This document shows, one piece after another, positions 1 through 6,961 of a stretch of 59,951 nucleotides of DNA. The DNA is taken from positions 1 through 59,951 of the IMG/VR virus record IMGVR_UViG_3300035683_000005; one strand, written 5' to 3'. Position numbers and translations under genes: made by a program. This stretch comes from a virus. Every line of letters starts with the position of its first letter. The stretch's first letter is position 1. Below the pieces are notes generated by a model. That model searched no databases. It was not told where the DNA came from and was given only the letters and a program-made list of their open reading frames with translations.

Positions 1-127
1 CCCCACACCAACCCCACCAACCAAGGACCAGCAGATGCGTACCGTAAACAACCTCACTGAATCGGACATCGTTCGTTTGGCAAAGGCGCTGAAGAAGGCT
101 GGCTGCAAGCCCACAAAGGACTACACG
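1..127. repeat. Terminal direct repeat copy 1, identical to 59825-59951. It marks circular closure, giving a genome unit of 59824 bp.
   Basis: Read directly: the 127 nt ccccacaccaaccccaccaacc...cccacaaaggactacacg occur verbatim at both window ends. Confidence 0.95.
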
Positions 128-214
128 GCAGCGTTCGGCAACGGACAAGAAAAGCATGCAACGAGCATCGCTGCAGTCAGCGCCAAGGCTGACGCGGTTC
201 TGGCCAACTTCTGA
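35..214 (+). CDS. Hypothetical small early protein, 59 aa (MRTVNNLTESDIVRLAKALKKAGCKPTKDY...)
   Basis: ATG at 35 follows the CA-rich leader and ccaagga RBS shared by other early genes. TGA at 212-214. It is below the 60-aa cut-off of the ORF track. Its 5' part is duplicated at 59858-59951. Confidence 0.55.
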   Translation: MRTVNNLTESDIVRLAKALKKAGCKPTKDYTAAFGNGQEKHATSIAAVSAKADAVLANF

Positions 215-226
215 AGGAGCTGAGCA

Positions 227-499
227 ATGCCGATCATGTCGCCGAGAAATCCAGGCTGGACGGCCAGCCGCAACGAGCTGCTGGAGATGCTGGACCTGCC
301 GAAGAGGCTGCCACCCGAAGGTCGGATGCACGACATCTGGAGCCGACAGGGCTACTTCGTTCGGCTTCTGCCGCAGGGTCGGAAGACGAAGGGCCGACGG
401 ATGGAGCATCGGCTCCAGGTGCAGTGCAACGAGTGTCGCGAGTGGTTCAGCGCGGGCCGCCTGGCACAGCACGAGGCAAGCTGCGGGCGGCAGAGCTGA
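227..499 (+). CDS. Hypothetical protein, 90 aa, with a C-terminal CxxC...HxxxC zinc-finger-like motif
   Basis: ORF track. AAGGAG lies upstream of the ATG. The motif CNECREWFSAGRLAQHEASC is present. Confidence 0.65.
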   Translation: MPIMSPRNPGWTASRNELLEMLDLPKRLPPEGRMHDIWSRQGYFVRLLPQGRKTKGRRMEHRLQVQCNECREWFSAGRLAQHEASCGRQS

Positions 500-584
500 G
501 CCGAAACCCCCGCAAGGGGGTCTGCGAGCGGATGGCTACCGCCGCACTGATGAGGCAAGCCAACACACCGACAAGGAGCAGACC

Positions 585-863
585 ATGTCACAACACGCAC
601 CGGACTGCAACTGCTCGGACTGCACCGACAGCGAGCAGACCGAGATCACAATCGCGATGACGTTCAGCGTCCTGGTTGGCGGACATGTCCGACCGCCGCT
701 GGATCAGATCGGTGAGGAGATTATGGCGGCGCTCGAAGAGCTGAGCAGGTGCAACTACGAGACGCTGAACGGCTACTTCAAGATCAAGGAGTATGAGCAC
801 CTCGATCTGATGGATGGCGAAGAACCTGCGGTAGCAGACTACGAAATACAGGAGTTGACGTAA
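585..863 (+). CDS. Hypothetical acidic protein, 92 aa
   Basis: Internal ATG of ORF 156..863, preceded by acaaggagcagacc. The longer N-terminal extension overlaps gene 227..499 and is Arg/Cys-rich noise. Confidence 0.65.
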   Translation: MSQHAPDCNCSDCTDSEQTEITIAMTFSVLVGGHVRPPLDQIGEEIMAALEELSRCNYETLNGYFKIKEYEHLDLMDGEEPAVADYEIQELT

Positions 864-895
864 CGACCTCTTTGGGACGGGGCCCTCCGGGGCCC

Positions 896-924
896 TTGAC
901 CCAAGGGGGGCAGGGTACTATATT
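896..924 (+). promoter_or_regulatory. Sigma70-type promoter, TTGACC-N17-TATATT
   Basis: -35 at 896-901 and -10 at 919-924 with exact 17-nt spacing. Member of the repeated promoter family. A GGGCCC/GGGCCC hairpin abuts the -35. Confidence 0.75.
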
Positions 925-981
925 ACATTGTAGCGGGGCCACTAAGGGCACCGCACCCACACCACCAGCAGGAGCACCACA

Positions 982-1527
982 ATGCCGACCACCACCCAGG
1001 TATCCGACGCCCACATGGCCCGTGCACTCGCCGTGCTCAGCCAGAAGCCCGACATGCTGATCGACGAGGCCCTCGAGCGGTCGGCGAACGTGTCGATCGA
1101 CCCCGCACTGCTGGCGGGCGACCCCGAGCCCACCCTCGAGGAGCTGTGGCAGGCGGCATTCGAAGCGGCAGTCGCCGAGGGCAAAACCCCCGAGGAGGCG
1201 GAGGAAATCGCCGACGACCTGCACCCCCTGGGCTCGATCGACGAGGGCACGGAGGAGCAGCCGGTGAACAGCCTGGTCGCCAACCGAGCGAAGAGCGAGG
1301 TGCAGAAGCCGGTGGCGGTGGTTCACGGGATCGTGGCGGCGAACCCCACCATGCGGCGGAAGGAGCTGCAGGCCCTGTGCGAGGCGGCGGGCGTGAACAA
1401 GTGGACCGCACGCACGCAGATCCAGGTGGCACTCGCCAACGCCAAGCAGAACAACGTGGCCGCAGCGTCGAGCACCGCCCACATCATCGAGGACGTCGAC
1501 TACAGCCAGGGGCCCTGCGCGGACTGA
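982..1527 (+). CDS. Hypothetical early protein, 181 aa. Divergent member of the repeated C-terminal module family (...RRKELQALCEAAGVNKWTARTQIQ...).
   Basis: ORF track. It is the first gene after promoter 896-924. RBS gcaggagc. Confidence 0.7.
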   Translation: MPTTTQVSDAHMARALAVLSQKPDMLIDEALERSANVSIDPALLAGDPEPTLEELWQAAFEAAVAEGKTPEEAEEIADDLHPLGSIDEGTEEQPVNSLVANRAKSEVQKPVAVVHGIVAANPTMRRKELQALCEAAGVNKWTARTQIQVALANAKQNNVAAASSTAHIIEDVDYSQGPCAD

Positions 1528-1537
1528 GGCCACACAA

Positions 1538-1566
1538 GGGGGCCGGCCCGCAGTGGGCTGGCCCCC
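1538..1566 (+). terminator. GC-rich 12-bp hairpin after gene 982..1527, a possible terminator without a U-tract
   Basis: gggggccggccc (1538-1549) pairs with gggctggccccc (1555-1566), including one G-U pair. The loop is 5 nt. Confidence 0.35.
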
Positions 1567-1589
1567 GCCACCCCTACCCAACTGATCCC

Positions 1590-1736
1590 GTGGCACGGTA
1601 CACCCGGCGCATTAACCCCAAGCGGCTGAAGAAGCTGAAGGCGGAAGCCAAGCGGCCCGCTCAGATCGTCTGGGGGCTAGTGTTTCTGGTCTGGTTCGCC
1701 TTCTTCTGCTACCATCTCTACCAGATACTGACATGA
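1590..1736 (+). CDS. Possible small membrane protein, 48 aa (…IVWGLVFLVWFAFFCYHLYQILT)
   Basis: GTG at 1590 in the frame of ORF 1146..1736. Hydrophobic C-terminal helix. The stop overlaps the next ATG (ATGA at 1733-1736). No clear RBS. Confidence 0.35.
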   Translation: MARYTRRINPKRLKKLKAEAKRPAQIVWGLVFLVWFAFFCYHLYQILT

Positions 1737-2020
1737 AAACCATCGTCATCACGATCCAGCACACGTACTTCTTCGAAGACGACGAGCTAACGGCCACGGA
1801 CGTGGCCGAGCTCGACAAGCAGGGGATCCTCGAGATGCTGGACGAGGACGTGCGCAACGACGGCATCTACAACGCCCCAGACACTCACGTCGTCACGGGC
1901 TGGGAGCTAAAGTGCGAACCCGGCAAGAGCGCTGCGAACCACGTCTTCGAACAGTTGCAAGCGTGGTTCGCACCGTCCGAAGACCTCGCGCCCGAGGGCC
2001 AGTTCGACGGACCCCTCTAA
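1733..2020 (+). CDS. Hypothetical acidic protein, 95 aa
   Basis: ORF track. ATGA and TAATG coupling to its neighbours. Confidence 0.65.
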   Translation: MKTIVITIQHTYFFEDDELTATDVAELDKQGILEMLDEDVRNDGIYNAPDTHVVTGWELKCEPGKSAANHVFEQLQAWFAPSEDLAPEGQFDGPL

Positions 2021-2205
2021 TGGCACAGGTACGCATCAAGGTCGAGGGTGATAAGGGGAGCTACACGGCTTCGACCATCGGCAAGGTCGCCAAGGGCGAC
2101 GGTCGACGAGAAGCCGTGTCCACAACGGGCAAGACAGCCACCCAGGCGGAGCGAAAGCTGAAGCGTGCGCTCACGCGGCTGGGCCACATCGCACACAGGG
2201 TCTGA
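2020..2205 (+). CDS. Hypothetical basic protein, 61 aa
   Basis: ATG at 2020 overlaps the previous TAA (TAATG). Same frame as ORF 1912..2205. Confidence 0.6.
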   Translation: MAQVRIKVEGDKGSYTASTIGKVAKGDGRREAVSTTGKTATQAERKLKRALTRLGHIAHRV

Positions 2206-2207
2206 TC

Positions 2208-2396
2208 ATGGCGAAGTCTGATTTCGGCGTGCTTGCCGACGTCATCATGCGGCCTTCGGAACCGTATCGGAATCCCTGCATCGGCTGCGACAAGCACGTG
2301 CCGTACGGCAACATCTGCGAAACGTGCGTCGCGGCGATCGACGCAGCTCGGTCTAGTACGGACAGAACGCTACCCGATCTGCTGAAAGGAAGCTGA
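2208..2396 (+). CDS. Hypothetical zinc-ribbon protein, 62 aa (CIGC...CETC)
   Basis: ORF track. Two CxxC pairs. Confidence 0.6.
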   Translation: MAKSDFGVLADVIMRPSEPYRNPCIGCDKHVPYGNICETCVAAIDAARSSTDRTLPDLLKGS

Positions 2397-2398
2397 CA

Positions 2399-2599
2399 AT
2401 GTGCCACGTAGCCGACGCGTCGCAGTGCGACAAGCCCTTCGCGCCCGGCGACCCGCTGTACGACGCCTCTATCCGTACAACCGCAGGGATCATCTGGGGC
2501 AGCATCTGCCAAGACTGCTTCATCCAATTTGGAGTCGGACTCAGCACTGGTCAGGGGCAGAAGTACGCCGCAGGTAATCACACGAGGCTCGCAGGCTAA
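2399..2599 (+). CDS. Hypothetical protein, 66 aa
   Basis: ORF track. Its stop overlaps the convergent stop of the minus-strand terS (CTAA at 2596-2599). Confidence 0.55.
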   Translation: MCHVADASQCDKPFAPGDPLYDASIRTTAGIIWGSICQDCFIQFGVGLSTGQGQKYAAGNHTRLAG

Positions 2600-3180
2600 C
2601 CCTCCTCCCCACTTCCGAGCGCCGGCTGCTCTCCCAGGGGCGCCGGCGCTCCGCCGTGGCTCACGACGAAGTTGATGGTCATGTGGACAGCCACCGCCCC
2701 GCTCAGACCCACGTCCAGTCCCTCTTTGAAGATACCGTGCGCCTTGCCAAGGTCACGCAGCGCTGCCTGCGGGTCGAAGAACTCCACCTTCGGGTTGCCG
2801 TTCGAGTCAAAGCTGAAGGATTTGATGAGGTGTCTGCGCTCCATGACAGCATCTGGATCGAGCCGAAGCTGACCGTTCGGACCCTGTGTCACAACTTCGC
2901 CGATGTCGCCTTCTGCGATCTTTGTGATCCGCGCGAGCACCTCGTTCTTGCCCATCGTCAGCTCCGCGAGTCTCGCCTCAATTGCCGCTCGGATGTGCGG
3001 CTTCCAACGAAGCGCTCGCCCGTACGACTCGTCGGCGAACCCGACCGCCTTGCCAGAGGCCGTTGGGTTCAGCGTCTCACCGCTCCACTTGCCGGTGCAG
3101 TAGTCTTCGACGAAGCGACGTTGCCTATCGCTTGCAAGCGCCTGGTACGCCTCCTCGCGGATGGTCAACTCTTTGCTCAT
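2596..3180 (-). CDS. terS: Terminase small subunit (Terminase_2 / P27-like)
   Basis: N-terminal RQRRFVEDYC...NPTASGKAVGF...YGRALRWKPHIRAAIEARL and C-terminal AALRDLGKAHGIF match the family pattern as I recall it. RBS ggaggagc. Confidence 0.7.
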   Translation of the reverse strand: MSKELTIREEAYQALASDRQRRFVEDYCTGKWSGETLNPTASGKAVGFADESYGRALRWKPHIRAAIEARLAELTMGKNEVLARITKIAEGDIGEVVTQGPNGQLRLDPDAVMERRHLIKSFSFDSNGNPKVEFFDPQAALRDLGKAHGIFKEGLDVGLSGAVAVHMTINFVVSHGGAPAPLGEQPALGSGEEG

Positions 3181-3268
3181 GCTCCTCCTCTGCCCAACGG
3201 CGGCGTTTCAGTGAAGTTGTCTGCGCGGGGCGCTCCCGTTACCCGGGAAACACAGTGAGTACGCAGAA

Positions 3269-3297
3269 ATCTGACGTGTGCCGGCACAGATTGTCAA
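3269..3297 (-). promoter_or_regulatory. Candidate promoter for terS, TTGACA-N17-TCAGAT, with the 12-bp palindrome TGTGCCGGCACA in the spacer
   Basis: Minus-strand -35 is the reverse complement of 3292-3297. The weak -10 is the reverse complement of 3269-3274. A perfect palindrome lies at 3277-3288. Confidence 0.35.
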
Positions 3298-3716
3298 GGG
3301 TCCGCCTTACTCAGCTCGAACCGTGCCCTCTGCTCGAAGTAGACTCTGAAATCTAGCCAGCTCAGATTCATGGTCATGCGTACCACAATCGGACCCACCT
3401 TGATGGGCAGATATGTGCGTACGTTCCAAGGTCCGAAGTTCTGCCGGTAGATCAGAACGGGTAGCTGCCCAGGCTTTGCGGCGTTCATGCACTGCCGCCA
3501 CCACGACGGTAGACCGCTCAGATTCTCAACCCGCTTTACCTCGCACGCCAGCCAGGGGAGTCCACGTAGGTCCGAACCTCCTTCCTGCGACTGCAAGACG
3601 TTCCGCTGCAATACCGGGGCGGGCACTCCGATATCGGCAGCCACCTTATCGAGCACGTCCTGGAGCAGGTCGCGTACCTGTAGCTCACCCTTCGCACCCT
3701 TCTGCTTGACGTCCAT
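3294..3716 (-). CDS. PD-(D/E)XK nuclease, putative Holliday-junction resolvase
   Basis: 140 aa. Contains KGAKGELQVRDLL ... LACEVKR, the GxxGE ... E-x-K pattern of Hjc-like phage resolvases. Confidence 0.5.
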   Translation of the reverse strand: MDVKQKGAKGELQVRDLLQDVLDKVAADIGVPAPVLQRNVLQSQEGGSDLRGLPWLACEVKRVENLSGLPSWWRQCMNAAKPGQLPVLIYRQNFGPWNVRTYLPIKVGPIVVRMTMNLSWLDFRVYFEQRARFELSKADP

Positions 3717-3957
3717 CGGACTCTCCTTTTCGGCGGTTTAATCCATCACGAAAACCCGTAAGTGCCCTTGCCACAACAAGTTACGTAAATTATATAAGTA
3801 GTATAAAGGTATAAAGGGGGTACAGTGGTACTGTTGTTCTGTTGGAGTTGCCCCCTTGAGTACCCTTTGCACCGGCCCCAAACCCCCCCTTATACTTCAT
3901 AACCTTGTAACCCCTTGTAGCGTGGGGGTTTAACCCCGTATGGCACCCCTATACCCG
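3717..3957. other. AT-rich, repeat-bearing intergenic region. Candidate replication origin and/or internal promoter.
   Basis: Local AT-rich tract ttacgtaaattatataagtagtataaaggtataaaggggg, including the direct repeat GTATAAAG x2. Repeated CCTTGTA and CCCCTT motifs. It lies directly downstream of the primase-helicase gene. Confidence 0.4.
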
Positions 3958-6381
3958 TTATACAGGCACGAAAAACGCTTGCTGAGTCGTGTCGAAATCC
4001 TTCTTGAGCTGCCCCTTGTCCATCTCGACTAGTCTGCCAGTGCGTACGAAATCCTTCAGCGTCTCTTGGAGTGCTATCCGCGCCCCCAGGCGGTGCTTTC
4101 TGAATGCCGACAGGTTCGCTGCGCGGCGCTGAATGTAGACGTAAGGCACCACTCGCTTCGAGTGCATGGCCCGAGTCACTCCATACGTCTCGAGTTCCGC
4201 GAATGGCCTCGTCAGGTAATCCTGCACAATGCGCTCAAGGTCGGCCGCCTGCTTTGAATCGCCTTCACCAACATCACCTGTGGCAAACCGATTCGAGATG
4301 TTTTGCGCGTCGGCTTTCACCAACTCGATGGCCCACACCGCTTCTTCAAGGGTAACGCAAGGCGCATGGGGCCGATCCGCCGCGGCAAGCATACCACACA
4401 GCCGCAGCGCCTTCAGGTGTGCGCGGTTCCAAAGCTGGCGCACCCCGTCGTTGCTACCAGAGCGGATGTGTTCGTCGCAGTACAGGTCGAAGGCGTCTAA
4501 CGTCATCTGCGCATCCGCGGTCATGTCCACGTTGGCCCAGGCGTTGTTCGCCTGCATCTGAAGGCAGGTGGTCAGCAGTTCTGCAAAGCGGTTCACCATC
4601 CACTCGGGCGGGGCGGCAAATGCAGCGCGATTCCGGTCCGGACGTTTCCCGCGGTACTCGATGATAAGGAACCGCGGGATCAGACCATCGGCAATGTGTT
4701 GCAGTGACAGTCCACTGTAAAACGTCTCGGGGGTGCTTTCGCCAAGCAGAGTTACGGCGGGGCTTTCAACAGGTTCGGTGTTCTTCGCAGTGTCTGCGTA
4801 CGCGCTCGGTCGGAGCATGGCACCACGGCCGCTCTTCGTATACAAGTCGAGCATTACTCGTCGCATCATCCGCGTCAGTGCGTTGTCCTCGGTTTCAGTC
4901 ATGCTTTGCAGCATCAGACCGAATTCGCCAAGGATGCTTACGAAGCACCTCTGTTTGTTGACAGCGCGCAGCATACCCTGGCCGCTTGAGAACACCGCCG
5001 GGCCGATGAATTCGTCGACGAGTGGTACTTGCATGCGCACGGCTGACACCAGCCGGTCGATTCCGCTTGTTCCTCCTTCCTTGCCTACACCCGTATCCGC
5101 CAGCACGATCATGTACTGGTTCAGTCCGCTCCCGCTGATGTTGAATTGCCGTCCGACCACACCCGAACACAGTGCAATTGCGGCGGCGACGCTTATCTCA
5201 AGCACCGGGCGGTGGGCCGTGGCGTAAATATACCGTGCTACGTCGCCCACGAACCCCGGTGGCACCTGGAAACCCGTGTCTGTGGGGGGTGGTACGGGTA
5301 GGGTACCGGAAGGGTTTACAGGGGAATTTCGCGGTAGACTACTATCACCCGCCCGGTTAGCGTAGCCCACATCAGCCACACCAGGAAGCAGAGCATTACC
5401 CAGGCGAGAACCATCAGGAAGAGCACGAAAATCCAGGACAGGAGGAATCGGATGGTGGCCATTGCCGTTCGCCTCTAGGAAAGCAGGTTGTTGAGCAGGT
5501 AGAGCGCCAACCGCATGACGATCAGCAGCCACGTCAGCGCTCCCGTTAAGCACAGGAGCAGGTAAACCAGTTCGCGTCTGTTCATGGGGCGTCTCCAGTT
5601 GGCTGAAGTCGATGATGTCAGGCTGGTTGGACCGGATTTTACGCAGGCAGCGGTCAAGGTAGTCGTCGCGCAGCGCCTTATCGCGCTTCCCAAGCCGCGA
5701 CATCCGAAACAACCGCTTCACCTGTTCGTTCGAGGGTGTATAGAAGGCGAGGATAGCCAGCAATGCAAAGTCTGCTTCGCTTTGGCTAGGCCATTCGCCT
5801 TCCCACTGCCCGTTGCAGAGCCGAGTGAACTTGTCGCCGTTTGCCGCCTCGGCGGCCATCTCTACCACGTCGGCGTCTTCTGCGATGGCGTCGTACTCCA
5901 CAAGGTCCGTCTCAGCCACGCCGTTCTGCATCTCGTCCCACAGCTGCGTCAGAAGCTCCTGGCAGTCCACAATGGGCACGTCCCGTAGCGTCCGCCCCGT
6001 GCAGATCATGTACCGGGATTCTGAGTACACCTCAACACGGTCCCGCTTCACACCCTGCGGCACCGACCCCCGACATATGATGTGGACTCCTTTTCCGCTC
6101 TGTGAAAGTTCGGCGTAGGTATCGAACAACTCGTAGATTCGCGTGTGGCGCGCTACTTGATCGGGTGACTGCGGTGAATCGAGATCGATAAGCGTATACG
6201 GATCTTTCGCCGTGAGCACGAAGCCGACGTGCGGTAGACCCGTAGCCAGCGCCTCGTCATACGTTCCCCAGGTCATGGAGTTGTTGACACTGGCGCGGAA
6301 ACCGCTCCTCGGACTGATCGGTTCCTTATCGTCCCCCGCCGCTACCCACTGCTTCAGCGCACGGAGCTCGGCGGGGATCAT
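3958..6381 (-). CDS. Bifunctional primase-polymerase / helicase: PrimPol N-terminal domain, PriCT-like segment and a DUF3987/D5-like ATPase
   Basis: 807 aa. N-terminal ...HVGFVLTAKDPYTLIDLDSP. PriCT-like GDKFTRLCNGQWEGEWPSQSEADFALLAILAFYT. Walker A ADTGVGKEGGTS. Confidence 0.75.
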   Translation of the reverse strand: MIPAELRALKQWVAAGDDKEPISPRSGFRASVNNSMTWGTYDEALATGLPHVGFVLTAKDPYTLIDLDSPQSPDQVARHTRIYELFDTYAELSQSGKGVHIICRGSVPQGVKRDRVEVYSESRYMICTGRTLRDVPIVDCQELLTQLWDEMQNGVAETDLVEYDAIAEDADVVEMAAEAANGDKFTRLCNGQWEGEWPSQSEADFALLAILAFYTPSNEQVKRLFRMSRLGKRDKALRDDYLDRCLRKIRSNQPDIIDFSQLETPHEQTRTGLPAPVLNGSADVAADRHAVGALPAQQPAFLEANGNGHHPIPPVLDFRALPDGSRLGNALLPGVADVGYANRAGDSSLPRNSPVNPSGTLPVPPPTDTGFQVPPGFVGDVARYIYATAHRPVLEISVAAAIALCSGVVGRQFNISGSGLNQYMIVLADTGVGKEGGTSGIDRLVSAVRMQVPLVDEFIGPAVFSSGQGMLRAVNKQRCFVSILGEFGLMLQSMTETEDNALTRMMRRVMLDLYTKSGRGAMLRPSAYADTAKNTEPVESPAVTLLGESTPETFYSGLSLQHIADGLIPRFLIIEYRGKRPDRNRAAFAAPPEWMVNRFAELLTTCLQMQANNAWANVDMTADAQMTLDAFDLYCDEHIRSGSNDGVRQLWNRAHLKALRLCGMLAAADRPHAPCVTLEEAVWAIELVKADAQNISNRFATGDVGEGDSKQAADLERIVQDYLTRPFAELETYGVTRAMHSKRVVPYVYIQRRAANLSAFRKHRLGARIALQETLKDFVRTGRLVEMDKGQLKKDFDTTQQAFFVPV

Positions 6382-6626
6382 GCTGCCGTTGCATCCTCGA
6401 TAAGCGGCTCGCCGGTCAGATACTCGTAGAGGACCTGGACGTTGTTGACGGACGGGTTGCGGATCTTCCCGCTCTTGAACTTACGCAGCCACGGGAATGT
6501 GATCCCCTTTTCAGAGATGGCTGCGAAAACGGCGGGGAGCGACTCTTTGTTCCGGCAGTGCTCATCCAGCAGCTGCCGCGTCCGTTGCATCAGACTCTGC
6601 TCGGGTACAACCTCCGTGTTATTCAT
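6378..6626 (-). CDS. Small putative DNA-binding (HTH-like) protein, 82 aa
   Basis: Internal ATG (MNNTEVVPEQ...) preceded by aaggagctgaaagtg. First gene of the minus-strand replication operon. ATGA coupling to the primase gene. Confidence 0.5.
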   Translation of the reverse strand: MNNTEVVPEQSLMQRTRQLLDEHCRNKESLPAVFAAISEKGITFPWLRKFKSGKIRNPSVNNVQVLYEYLTGEPLIEDATAA

Positions 6627-6663
6627 CACTTTCAGCTCCTTGGGGTGGACGTTGTTACCCTGT

Positions 6664-6692
6664 AGTATAACCCCCCCGGCCCTGGCACACAA
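6664..6692 (-). promoter_or_regulatory. Promoter, TTGTGT-N17-TATACT, minus strand
   Basis: The -10 is the reverse complement of 6664-6669 and the -35 of 6687-6692, with a 17-nt spacer. It is divergent from promoter 6705-6733. Confidence 0.6.
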
Positions 6693-6704
6693 CCCTAAAG
6701 GGGG

Positions 6705-6733
6705 TTGACTTTATTACCCTGTTGCCCTACATT
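6705..6733 (+). promoter_or_regulatory. Promoter, TTGACT-N17-TACATT
   Basis: -35 at 6705-6710, -10 at 6728-6733, 17-nt spacer. Confidence 0.7.
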
Positions 6734-6775
6734 GGGTGTAGGTTACTCAACGGTCCACACAACCAAGGAGCAGAC

Positions 6776-6958
6776 ATGTCCACCAGTTTCCTGATCGGCA
6801 AAATCGAGCGCGGGGCGACGCAGGCAGTGGCTCACAACCTCCAGGCTTCTGGATCTATCTGCAAGTGGTGGCTCTTCGTTATGAACCTGAAGCACCACGC
6901 GTTTAAGCAGTTCAACAAGACTGTTTCTGCCGAACTTCGTCGCCGACTGGAGGACTAG
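6776..6958 (+). CDS. Hypothetical protein, 60 aa
   Basis: Internal ATG of ORF 6722..6958, preceded by caaccaaggagcagac. Confidence 0.6.
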   Translation: MSTSFLIGKIERGATQAVAHNLQASGSICKWWLFVMNLKHHAFKQFNKTVSAELRRRLED

Positions 6959-6961
6959 GCC

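Noticed and set aside
1-127. The terminal repeat as a biological direct terminal repeat, or as an LTR-like mobile-element end.
   Set aside because: An exact length of 127 nt matches an assembler k-mer overlap. A gene and its promoter are split by the window ends. No integrase or transposase is present. This cannot be fully excluded without the reads.
784-1596. Long antisense or alternative-frame ORFs with Arg/Gly/Pro-rich translations. Examples: 784..1596(-), 1037..1432(-), 11732..12526(-), 49257..50246(-), 50759..51661(+), 52525..53772(+), 58521..59399(-) and 29358..30101(-).
   Set aside because: They lie fully inside better-supported genes on the other strand or frame. They lack RBS and coupling signals, and their low-complexity composition is what spurious ORFs in GC-rich DNA typically look like.
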